DNA from: an uncultured virus (IMG/VR IMGVR_UViG_3300042477_000802)
Taxonomy: Duplodnaviria > Heunggongvirae > Uroviricota > Caudoviricetes
Direction: 5' to 3' (one strand)
IMG/VR virus record: IMGVR_UViG_3300042477_000802
Span: 62,001-121,933 of that record
DNA: 59,933 bases
Shown: positions 29,511 through 37,031 of the stretch, piece after piece
Layout: each line of letters opens with the position of its first letter
How positions within the stretch are numbered: the first letter of the stretch is position 1
Notes under the pieces: generated by a model
Told to the model about the DNA's origin: nothing
Database searches by the model: none
What the model saw: only the letters and a program-made list of their open reading frames with translations
Program-made: the position numbers and the translations under genes

Positions 29511-31400
29511 CTATGCAACTGCTCGCTTGGCGTCTTTCACCTCTTCCTTCATCAAATCCGGAACTCCCTTGATCATCGGCTCCACTCGAGATTCCGCTCT
29601 CGGCTCCACCCGAATCTTCTCCGGCATCGGCAACTCCATCACTTGCGCCACAATTGGCGCCAAGAAGGCCATGGCCTCATTGACCACTTCATTGCCCACC
29701 ATGGCAATGGAATCAATGGCCCATTCATTGGCCAAAGCTTGCGCACGGACATCCTCTCGCATCATCGGAAAGTAACGGAAACTCCAGGCCAATCCCTGCT
29801 GAATCATGGCCAACCCATAATCCGTGGCCATCACTTCCTTGGCCGTGACAATCCAATGCTTGGGCGCCTTCTTGGCCTTCAAGAAAGCCAGCAAAGCCGT
29901 GCGGGCGGTCTTGGGAATGGTCTTGGCTGCCACTCGAAAGGTCCCCTGAGACAGATCCGACTTGACATGATCCATGAAACTGTTGCTCATAACAAACTCC
30001 TGTGATTCCGATGCTGATTGATTCTGATCCCCCGATGTCGGGGGGACAAACTGATGTGTCTGTGTGGCGGGTTTAGCGACCTGGTCTGAACCGTGATGAT
30101 ACCAATGATCGTCTTCTTTCTTGAATTCGATCGCTGGTCCATCTACCTGCTTCCAGCCACGTGCCATCAACTTCTTGGCTTTTTCTTGTCTCTTCTCCGT
30201 CAAATTAGTCAAGACAGAGAAAGTCTTCTTACGACAGGATGCCAGAATGTCTGAGATAGAAGACTTCACTCGCTCCGCGAAAACAAAGCAGTGTCGATCT
30301 GGATGATAGGCCAGACAATTGACGTCTAGGTCTTCCTGACCCTCGGAAGGATATTGGGCACGATCGGATCCAAACACCACATCCATTGGTAAACTGGCAC
30401 CCGTCTTGGTGTCAGTTAAAACATAGGTGTTGGTGTAAAACCCACCTTCGTATCCCAACCCTTTCATTTTTTCACACCTCCAACCCGATGGAAGATTCGC
30501 CTCCATCTGTTTGATGAACGCCACCGAGTAATCGACGGTGGCATGAGGGTGGAAAGGGAAAAAGAGATCCAGGTCTTGGGGGAGGAAGCGGGTTCCTCCC
30601 CCAATTGTATATGACCACGCAATGCGATCTCGCACCGCACCACCAAATAAATAACCACGAATCGGGTGATTACCCACTTGGGGACAGACGTTTTGCAAAC
30701 ACCTGGTCACCAATCCCCAGGCCTGATGATTGAATTCAGACTGAACCTGTTCACTGACATGAGTGCCCATGGTCACATCTTTCCAGCCATTAGCTGTCAA
30801 CTTCTCCACTTTGGCTTGACGTTCCTTCGACAAAGGAGAGACCACTTTGAATTCTTTCCGCCGGATGGCCTCCTGCAGTTGTTCTACTGTGGTGGTTTTC
30901 TCTACCACCTTCGAGTAGAGAAAGAAATCATCATCTGGATGATAGGCCAGACAATTGATATCCAAATCTTCTTGGAAGAGACAAGGTTGTTGACGAACGG
31001 TTGAGATCACTACATCTAGTGGAATCTGCGCGCCTGTCTGCCTATTACGCAGACAGTAGGTATTAGTCTCGTAGGTTCCACCATACGACTCAGAACGCCC
31101 CTCTAACCAAAACTCCCACTCCTTCGGGAGTTTCCCTTGCAATTCTGTAAGGAACAAGAAACTATGATCCACACTGGAGCGTGGATCTACCTGGAAAAAG
31201 AGATCGATGTCTCGGGGAAGGAAATAGCTCTTTTTGCTCCCATACCAACAGAGACGCTCTCGGACCGCACCCCCAAAGATGTATCCAGGAGGATCTTCTC
31301 CTCGTGGAAGAGTCTCCAAACACTTGGAGATGAGAGACCAGACTTTGAGATTAAATTCTTGCTGTTTCTTGACCGGAATGACAGAAGGAGGTGTCGACAT
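29511..31400 (-). CDS. Tandem CCA-adding/poly(A)-polymerase-like nucleotidyltransferase domains fused to shared C-terminal domain
   Basis: Two copies of FGGAVR...D[IL]DLFF...EDLD[IV]NCLAY; C-terminus SDLSQGTFRVAAKTIPKTAR. Confidence 0.8.
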   Translation of the reverse strand: MSTPPSVIPVKKQQEFNLKVWSLISKCLETLPRGEDPPGYIFGGAVRERLCWYGSKKSYFLPRDIDLFFQVDPRSSVDHSFLFLTELQGKLPKEWEFWLEGRSESYGGTYETNTYCLRNRQTGAQIPLDVVISTVRQQPCLFQEDLDINCLAYHPDDDFFLYSKVVEKTTTVEQLQEAIRRKEFKVVSPLSKERQAKVEKLTANGWKDVTMGTHVSEQVQSEFNHQAWGLVTRCLQNVCPQVGNHPIRGYLFGGAVRDRIAWSYTIGGGTRFLPQDLDLFFPFHPHATVDYSVAFIKQMEANLPSGWRCEKMKGLGYEGGFYTNTYVLTDTKTGASLPMDVVFGSDRAQYPSEGQEDLDVNCLAYHPDRHCFVFAERVKSSISDILASCRKKTFSVLTNLTEKRQEKAKKLMARGWKQVDGPAIEFKKEDDHWYHHGSDQVAKPATQTHQFVPPTSGDQNQSASESQEFVMSNSFMDHVKSDLSQGTFRVAAKTIPKTARTALLAFLKAKKAPKHWIVTAKEVMATDYGLAMIQQGLAWSFRYFPMMREDVRAQALANEWAIDSIAMVGNEVVNEAMAFLAPIVAQVMELPMPEKIRVEPRAESRVEPMIKGVPDLMKEEVKDAKRAVA

Positions 31401-31512
31401 GGGTATCTCCGACCCGGCTCTCTGGAGTTATTAAGCGCACTTACAGGTTGGAAAGAAAGTGAGGAGTGCTCATCTGATTCCTTCTCTTGCTTTAGTGACT
31501 ACTGACTTCTCG

Positions 31513-31713
31513 TCAATAGCGACACTGACACACCTGGCACCGATTCCACTGCAGATTGGAATAGTTGGTCACTTGATACAAGGCCAACTTTTTCCCGGTC
31601 GGGATTCCTCCCAAACACTGCAGACAGGTCGGAACCGTCTCGCCTGGACGAAAGTACAAGGGATTCTTGGACAGACGAACCCGCAATTGATCCAACCACT
31701 TGGCTCGGGCCAT
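31513..31713 (-). CDS. Small Zn-finger-like protein
   Basis: CLQC...CQVC; AGGAG RBS downstream of motif copy 31746. Confidence 0.65.
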   Translation of the reverse strand: MARAKWLDQLRVRLSKNPLYFRPGETVPTCLQCLGGIPTGKKLALYQVTNYSNLQWNRCQVCQCRY

Positions 31714-31757
31714 GAGAGTTGCTCCTAGGTTGATGAGACGAGTGTTTAGTCGCTGGG

Positions 31758-31927
31758 TGACTCAGGTAGGAATCGAACCTACACTCAGCTAGATGCTGGC
31801 AAACGTGTACCTTTTAACCAGAACCTAACTGAGTCGGCAAACACTGAGGGTACACCTGAGTGTTCACTTCCTGTGTGAACTAATGTGAACTAATTACAGG
31901 AAACAGAAACCATTCTGTCATTGAGTC
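31758..31927 (-). ncRNA. Expanded tRNA-like RNA, family A copy 1 (170 nt)
   Basis: GACTCA/TGAGTC acceptor, ACAG-AATGGTTT-CTGT D-arm, three long stems, GTAGG-TTCGATT-CCTAC T-arm. Confidence 0.7.
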
Positions 31928-31933
31928 AAAAAA

Positions 31934-32053
31934 AAGCCCGAGTAGGAATCGAACCTACACCAAGACTTAACTCTGAGTCGTGTCGACCCGTACCTCAGAA
32001 TCAAGCTCAGCGAACCTGTAGATAAACAGCAGAAACCATTCTGTCGGGGGGGA
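31934..32053 (-). ncRNA. Expanded tRNA-like RNA, family A copy 2 (degenerate acceptor)
   Basis: Same D-loop and T-arm; two internal stems; poor acceptor pairing. Confidence 0.55.
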
Positions 32054-32202
32054 GACTCAGGTAGGAATCGAACCTACACTCATAGATATGCTGACCATCG
32101 TATCGATCCTTTGGCCAACATACTGAGTCGGTGAACACTCACCCTGAGTATTCACTTCCAATCAGTACTAATTGGAAACAGAAACCATTCTGTCATTGAG
32201 TC
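32053..32202 (-). ncRNA. Expanded tRNA-like RNA, family A copy 3 (150 nt)
   Basis: Same acceptor, D and T arms; TTCCAAT/ATTGGAA replaces TTCCTGT/ACAGGAA. Confidence 0.7.
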
Positions 32203-32257
32203 AGAAAACCCACCAGGTTCACCAGAGTGAACCTAGGAACCTGGTGGATGTGTCACT

Positions 32258-32692
32258 TCACTTCTCCGCCTTCTCCTTCACGTCGGACCACCGACAGATC
32301 CCACCACCCTTGCCCCTGCGAATCCCGAAAGCTCGGGTGCGAGGAGGCTCAGCCAGCTGGATGACCTCACCCGACTTGCGATCCTTCTTCTCCTGACGGT
32401 CGGCGTTGTCGTGGATGTAGGCCGTCACCTTCTCCTTCAGCACCGAGAAGTTCTCCGGAGTCGGATTGAGAGCCTGGACCACCCCACTGATCAGACTCTC
32501 CATCGGCAGAAACACACCGGGATACTGATCGAAAGCCGCATGGACATTCGATCCGATGGTGGTGTCCTCCAGCTCACGCTGGGCCTTGTAGCGGCTCAGT
32601 GCCATCTGGAATGCCTGCGTGGTCGCAGCCTCATCCACCTCACCCGTCACCTCATCACGAACCAGAACCACGTTGATCGAAAAACTGGACAT
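32258..32692 (-). CDS. Hypothetical protein, paralog of 12248-12667
   Basis: See paralog; GAGGAG RBS. Confidence 0.8.
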   Translation of the reverse strand: MSSFSINVVLVRDEVTGEVDEAATTQAFQMALSRYKAQRELEDTTIGSNVHAAFDQYPGVFLPMESLISGVVQALNPTPENFSVLKEKVTAYIHDNADRQEKKDRKSGEVIQLAEPPRTRAFGIRRGKGGGICRWSDVKEKAEK

Positions 32693-32739
32693 ATGCGTAT
32701 CTCCTCTGAAACCTGAAACCGTTGTTGTTGTTGTTGTTG

Positions 32740-32928
32740 TTAAGAGAGATTAAGAACTTGAGAAGCTTCCTCCTCGGAGAGGATCAGGTCGGTGGAGCAG
32801 TCGAGATAGGCATGGCGCCCAGTGCTCGGTTGCCAACAATAGAGCAGCCTTCTGCCCGTCCGGGTAACGAATTCCTCTTCCGTCCCACCATTGGCTGGAT
32901 ACCAGTTGCCTTGTTCCCGGGTTTGCAT
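32740..32928 (-). CDS. Small hypothetical protein
   Basis: MQTREQGNWYPANGGTEEEF...; directly after promoter-motif copy. Confidence 0.65.
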   Translation of the reverse strand: MQTREQGNWYPANGGTEEEFVTRTGRRLLYCWQPSTGRHAYLDCSTDLILSEEEASQVLNLS

Positions 32929-33035
32929 GTTCCACCTGTAGGGAAGTGTAACCAAACTTAGTCGCTGGGAAACCGTGTCACTACCTGTCGTCTCGTGTCA
33001 GACAGGAAAGTGCGACCAAATTTAGTCGCTGGGAC

Positions 33036-33650
33036 TCAGCCCGCCGAAAACTTGCTGACACTGGGTTTCGACTTGACGCCCCATCCCAACCGACCCGACG
33101 ACTTGGCTTGACCCTTGATCACGGGTCCAGGCTTGGATGCCAAGACTCGTGCCATGGCATCCTGACGAGTGATGGTAGAGGAGAGCAGTTGACCATGCTT
33201 GTTGAGTTGCGTGGCATGAGACACCACGGCAAACCAATCGTGCTCACCCTCGAACAATCGTCGGTCCGCCCAACGATCGGCCTCTTGGGGCTGGTCGAAT
33301 TCGGCCACCAGATCCACCCATTCCTGGTCCTCGGTCTTGAAACGTTGCGCCACCTTGCCTTCGGAGGTATAGATGGTGACTTGCCAGTTTTTGGGCGTGC
33401 GCTCCGTCACTTCGTGCGCTCGCTCCAACTTGGACACTTCGGAGGCAATCATGTGATTGAGAATCACTTGACGCAATTCCGACAAGGCCGGAGTCGGCAT
33501 CAGCTCTTTGGCATCCAACTTGGCCAGAATCGGGCCGGTGACCGGATAGAGCTCTCCCGTTTCCAGAAAGGTCCGGTGAGCCGCCAGGAAGGCACTGGCC
33601 GAAGCCGCCGCTTTGGTTCCCGACTTGTGCAAAAACATCTTGGGCGTCAT
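33036..33650 (-). CDS. Hypothetical protein
   Basis: Start MTPKMF after AAAGGA RBS; stop 2 nt before the next motif copy. Confidence 0.75.
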   Translation of the reverse strand: MTPKMFLHKSGTKAAASASAFLAAHRTFLETGELYPVTGPILAKLDAKELMPTPALSELRQVILNHMIASEVSKLERAHEVTERTPKNWQVTIYTSEGKVAQRFKTEDQEWVDLVAEFDQPQEADRWADRRLFEGEHDWFAVVSHATQLNKHGQLLSSTITRQDAMARVLASKPGPVIKGQAKSSGRLGWGVKSKPSVSKFSAG

Positions 33651-33714
33651 ACTGGTATCCTTTCTGTAGGGAAGTCTCACACCATGTCAGACTTCGAGAT
33701 CACAATTTAGTCGC

Positions 33715-33780
33715 TGGGGTCTTCTCCAGGTATCGAACCTGGCTTGGTTACCACACCAAGGCTCCGTCATGCCAGAAGAC
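33715..33780 (-). ncRNA. 66-nt mini tRNA-like RNA
   Basis: GTCTTCT/AGAAGAC-C-CCA, CCAGG-TTCGATA-CCTGG T-arm, CTTGG/CCAAG hairpin with GTG in loop. Confidence 0.6.
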
Positions 33781-33872
33781 TGGCCAAGTAGTATCACCAC
33801 TGCCGAGGGTATGATCCCTCCTAGTGACCAACACGACACTTAAGACTAGTGCTGGTGTTTCGTAGACTAGTT

Positions 33873-33924
33873 AGGCTCGTCAGTAATGGTTCCTACCATT
33901 AGACCATCTCAGATGGTTTCGCCT
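33873..33924 (-). ncRNA. Type II hammerhead ribozyme 4 (compact, unrelated stems)
   Basis: AGGC-GAAA-CCAT..ATGG-TC/TAATGG-TAGGAA-CCATTA-CTGACGA-GCCT; cleavage between 33902 and 33901. Confidence 0.85.
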
Positions 33925-33985
33925 TAGTTACCGTCTCGCATCATGAGGGAAGAGCGACAAAACTTAGTCGCTGGGAAGTTGACTT

Positions 33986-34172
33986 AGCAACCTGCGTGCC
34001 ATCCGCTCGCGTCTTGCATCCTTAGGGGAGAGTGACAAAACTTAGTCGCTGGGAAACCGTGTCAGCCAGTAGCGTGCCAGTAGCGCGTTCATCCTTTCGC
34101 ATCGTCTCGCACCCTTAGGAGAGTGTGACAAAACTTAGTCGCTGGGAAGTTGACTTAGCAACCTGCGTGCCA
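33986..34172 (-). promoter_or_regulatory. Single sigma54 -24/-12 boxes interleaved with the phage motif
   Basis: TGGCACGCAGGTTGCT at 33986-34001 and 34157-34172 (consensus TGGCACG-N4-TTGC); variant at 34064-34079. Confidence 0.75.
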
Positions 34173-34262
34173 TCGTATCGTGTCGCATCGGCAACCATAG
34201 GGGTAGGTGACAAAATTTAGTCGCTGGGAATTCCCTTTACGCGTATTAGGTGAGTGACTCCG

Positions 34263-34434
34263 TGGCTCACTTTATGCTAATTGCAATTAAGATGCCATTA
34301 AGTGCATTCCTGGTAAAACTTTACTGGTCTACTTCCTGTTATTAGCAATAGGTATGCCAAGGTAAGAGTATGTGTGATAGATGAGAGGAATCAAGTAAGT
34401 GGTCTACAGATTGCAGAATGCAAAGACAAGGCCA
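34263..34434. promoter_or_regulatory. Three inverted pairs of sigma54-type boxes
   Basis: TGG-N10-GC-N5-GC-N10-CCA at 34263-34297, 34325-34359 (one GT variant), 34400-34434. Confidence 0.7.
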
Positions 34435-34445
34435 AGGTAGAAACG

Positions 34446-34478
34446 AAAAAAGCCTCGCTCTCCGAAGAGAAGCGAGGC
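34446..34478 (-). terminator. Intrinsic terminator
   Basis: GCCTCGCT..TTCG..AGCGAGGC hairpin followed by T6. Confidence 0.85.
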
Positions 34479-34479
34479 C

Positions 34480-34860
34480 CACCCGTTTTAGGGTTAATGG
34501 ATTAGGGGCTGTCACGACAATGACCCAGATATGTCCGGCGTCTCATGGGACAGAAGGGGATTAACACCTAGAGCTACCTGAGACTGTCAGCGTAGCGGAT
34601 GCTTCCCGAGGATGCAACTATGTAATGTGAACTTCACATATCGATAACCCTATTATTATCTGTGATAGAGTTTTACACCAAAACACACACTTTTTTGATT
34701 GTTCACATCTGGACCAGGTAAACTATCAGGGTTATCGTTTCGTCAGCCACCGCAGCCTACTTTACGAGCTGGTGGTCCGGAGGGATGACGAAACTATCCT
34801 AGCGCGGTGGCATCACTTATTCCTATACGTAGGAGGTTGAGTCAACGCCAGTAGTAGGTT
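34480..34860 (-). ncRNA. Candidate large (~380 nt) structured RNA
   Basis: No track ORF; many complementary segments (GTTTCGTCA/TGACGAAAC, CGATAACCCT/AGGGTTATCG, GCTAC/GTAGC, TGTCC/GGACA), ends in terminator. Confidence 0.55.
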
Positions 34861-34863
34861 TGA

Positions 34864-35229
34864 CTACTTGGACTTACACAGCTCTCGAAAAACGTAGTCT
34901 GGACCCAGATCTTGCACCCGCTGGACAGCCAGGTGGAATTCGATCTGTTGATCGATCTTCAGACATTCGATGATGAAGAACTTGGGAGGACTCATGTGAG
35001 GAGCCGCAAAGAGATTGACCATCGCTTCTCGTTGCTGCCACACACACAAGCCTTCCGCACGTTCCACCAAAAGAACGGTTTCGTCATCGCCCAAGGGTCG
35101 GATGTGATCTGGATCGATGCCATGAGACATCTTCCGAATCTGTTGCGAGGCTTGATACCAAGCTTGTGCCAGATGTCGGGTCTCACGAGGACATTCGTCC
35201 AAGAGTTGATTCAACTGGAGTGCATTCAT
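34864..35229 (-). CDS. Hypothetical protein
   Basis: GGAGG RBS directly after motif copy 35254. Confidence 0.75.
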   Translation of the reverse strand: MNALQLNQLLDECPRETRHLAQAWYQASQQIRKMSHGIDPDHIRPLGDDETVLLVERAEGLCVWQQREAMVNLFAAPHMSPPKFFIIECLKIDQQIEFHLAVQRVQDLGPDYVFRELCKSK

Positions 35230-35267
35230 CTTTTAACCTCCGGGAGAAAAAACTTAGTCGCTGGGAG

Positions 35268-35369
35268 TCATCCGCCAAGGGACCACAGAAAGGCGTTCCC
35301 CAAACACCAGCCCACCAGCAAAGACAGCAGGACCGCCACCAACACCAGCACCGCACCCTCACGCATCAT
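35268..35369 (-). CDS. 33-aa hydrophobic peptide
   Basis: MMREGAVLVLVAVLLSLLVGWCLGNAFLWSLGG; GAGGA RBS. Confidence 0.6.
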   Translation of the reverse strand: MMREGAVLVLVAVLLSLLVGWCLGNAFLWSLGG

Positions 35370-35508
35370 GACTTCCTCTGTGGAATGGGTTGAATCCAAC
35401 CCTCCCAGTGGTCCCGTTGGAAACGGGACAGCTCTTGTTGGGCAGCTGACAGAGAGGAGTAGTCTAGACGGAGTACTCCCGTGGGATGTTTGATTACCAA
35501 GCGATAGA

Positions 35509-35682
35509 TCACTTGGTCCACACCAGATAGAAGAACCCTCCCAGGATGACCAGCGCCCAGGGGAACTGAATCCCACTGCCGATCGGAATGGTGAACCCTG
35601 CGACCCAGGCCGCAGGAGCAAACATCTTGATCGCCATCACCACCCCAAACATGGCCGCTACCACCACCAACAACTTGCTCAT
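35509..35682 (-). CDS. 57-aa two-helix membrane protein
   Basis: Not in track: MSKLLVVVAAMFGVVMAIKMFAP...WALVILGGFFYLVWTK; AAGGAG RBS after motif copy 35705. Confidence 0.7.
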   Translation of the reverse strand: MSKLLVVVAAMFGVVMAIKMFAPAAWVAGFTIPIGSGIQFPWALVILGGFFYLVWTK

Positions 35683-35716
35683 CTGTAGTCTCCTTTGACA
35701 AAACTTAGTCGCTGGG

Positions 35717-35790
35717 TGGCCCGGGTGGGAGTCGAACCCACAAGAAAGCGGTTTTTAAAACCGCCACGTCTGCCATTCCGTCACCGGGCC
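35717..35790 (-). tRNA. tRNA-Leu(UAA) with short variable region
   Basis: GGCCCGG/CCGGGCC-A, GGAATGGCAGAC, GCGGT-TTTAAAA-ACCGC, GTGGG-TTCGACT-CCCAC; 74 nt. Confidence 0.88.
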
Positions 35791-36006
35791 TCAATCATAG
35801 GCATGTGAAACAAAACTTAGTCGCTGGGAACCTAACGCATCGTGTTACATCGTTAGGTGTAGGTGACAAAACTTAGTCGCTGGGAGATTGCCCCAATCCG
35901 CGTACCATCCTTTCGTTCATCCGTACCGCATCAGCAACCTTAGGGGTGTGCGAAAAAATTTAGTCGCTGGGAAAACCTGAGCTCCCTCTTAAGGTGACTG
36001 GGAGTC

Positions 36007-36112
36007 TGGCATGAGCCTTGCTAGGCTGCAATTTGTGTGCCAACAAGTACATCCCAGGTAAAAAGTCAGAACTCAATTGGCATCTATTATGCAGACTGCA
36101 ATTAATAGACCA
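36007..36112. promoter_or_regulatory. Two inverted pairs of sigma54-type boxes
   Basis: 36007-36042 (6-nt spacer) and 36078-36112 (5-nt spacer); all four halves GG-N10-GC. Confidence 0.72.
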
Positions 36113-36118
36113 AGACAG

Positions 36119-36147
36119 AAAAACAAGAAAGCCGGCTAACCGGCTCT
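36119..36147 (-). terminator. Intrinsic terminator
   Basis: AGCCGG-TTAG-CCGGCT followed by TTCTTGTTTTT. Confidence 0.7.
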
Positions 36148-36152
36148 CCTTT

Positions 36153-36440
36153 TTACTTCCAGAGGTTTCTCTTACGGGCAACTTCCGCGAGCGCCATTGT
36201 TTCCCTCTGGACACGAGATTCCTCGAATATCCAACGCTCTGCTTCCTCTTCCTCTCTCTCTTCCTCTGAGCGTCTATTTTCCTCCCAAGCTTGAAACGGA
36301 TCCAGTTTCTGGATCTGGCGCATCATCACTTGGTTGGCCATTCGATGATTGGGAAGAATCCACTTTTTCCGCTCCACCGTCGGCAGCAACGGATCCCACT
36401 TCGGAAACAGAGGATTGATGACCAAATATTCCATCTTCAT
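36153..36440 (-). CDS. Hypothetical protein
   Basis: GAGGT RBS after motif copy 36471; Glu-rich. Confidence 0.7.
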   Translation of the reverse strand: MKMEYLVINPLFPKWDPLLPTVERKKWILPNHRMANQVMMRQIQKLDPFQAWEENRRSEEEREEEEAERWIFEESRVQRETMALAEVARKRNLWK

Positions 36441-36484
36441 GAGACACCTCTCAGGCTGCGAGAAAAAAACTTAGTCGCTGGGAG

Positions 36485-36724
36485 TCAGAACGGAATCGGA
36501 TGCTCCTCTTGACACACCGGCTCCCAAGGTCCCCAGGCTCGACACACCGCTCTCCACGGATCTCGTTGCTGCGCCTGGAACCGCTCTTCTTCTTCCGCTT
36601 CCTCTTGCAGCCGCTCTTGTTTGGCGAACTGGTGCGCCATACGCCGCTCTTCCTCCCAAGTATCATTGGGAAAGGAAGTTTCCTCCAACCAATCGTAGTA
36701 GTCTTCCTCATTCAGGAACAACAT
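36485..36724 (-). CDS. Acidic hypothetical protein
   Basis: Start moved to MLFLNEE (AAGGA RBS); the longer track ORF runs through regulatory DNA. Confidence 0.7.
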   Translation of the reverse strand: MLFLNEEDYYDWLEETSFPNDTWEEERRMAHQFAKQERLQEEAEEEERFQAQQRDPWRAVCRAWGPWEPVCQEEHPIPF

Positions 36725-36909
36725 GTGAATCCTTCTGAGCGCTAGGCTCACTACTAGGACTGCGAGAAAAAACTTAGTCGCTGGGAGATTGCCCGAGCAA
36801 TCTGCAAACCATCCTTTCGTTCCGTGCCACATCGGCAACCTTAGGGGTGTGTGAAAAAATTTAGTCGCTGGGAAGCTCGCTTCGAGCTCTCTCATGCACT
36901 CATGTTTCC

Positions 36910-37022
36910 TGGCTTGCTTCCTGCTCTTAGCAATGAATAGGCCAACCTTAAACATCCAACCACATGAGTTTAGAATGAAGTCTTAACTGGCACCAGAATT
37001 GAGATTAGCAATTCTTAGGCCA
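36910..37022. promoter_or_regulatory. Two inverted pairs of sigma54-type boxes
   Basis: 36910-36944 and 36988-37022 (one GA variant), 5-nt spacers. Confidence 0.7.
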
Positions 37023-37031
37023 ATCAACAAC

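Noticed and set aside
33940..34230. CRISPR array reading of the tandem TTAGTCGCTGGGA repeats
   Set aside because: The invariant part is only 12-17 nt, the intervals resemble each other and contain sigma54 boxes, copies are dispersed before genes, and no cas genes are present.
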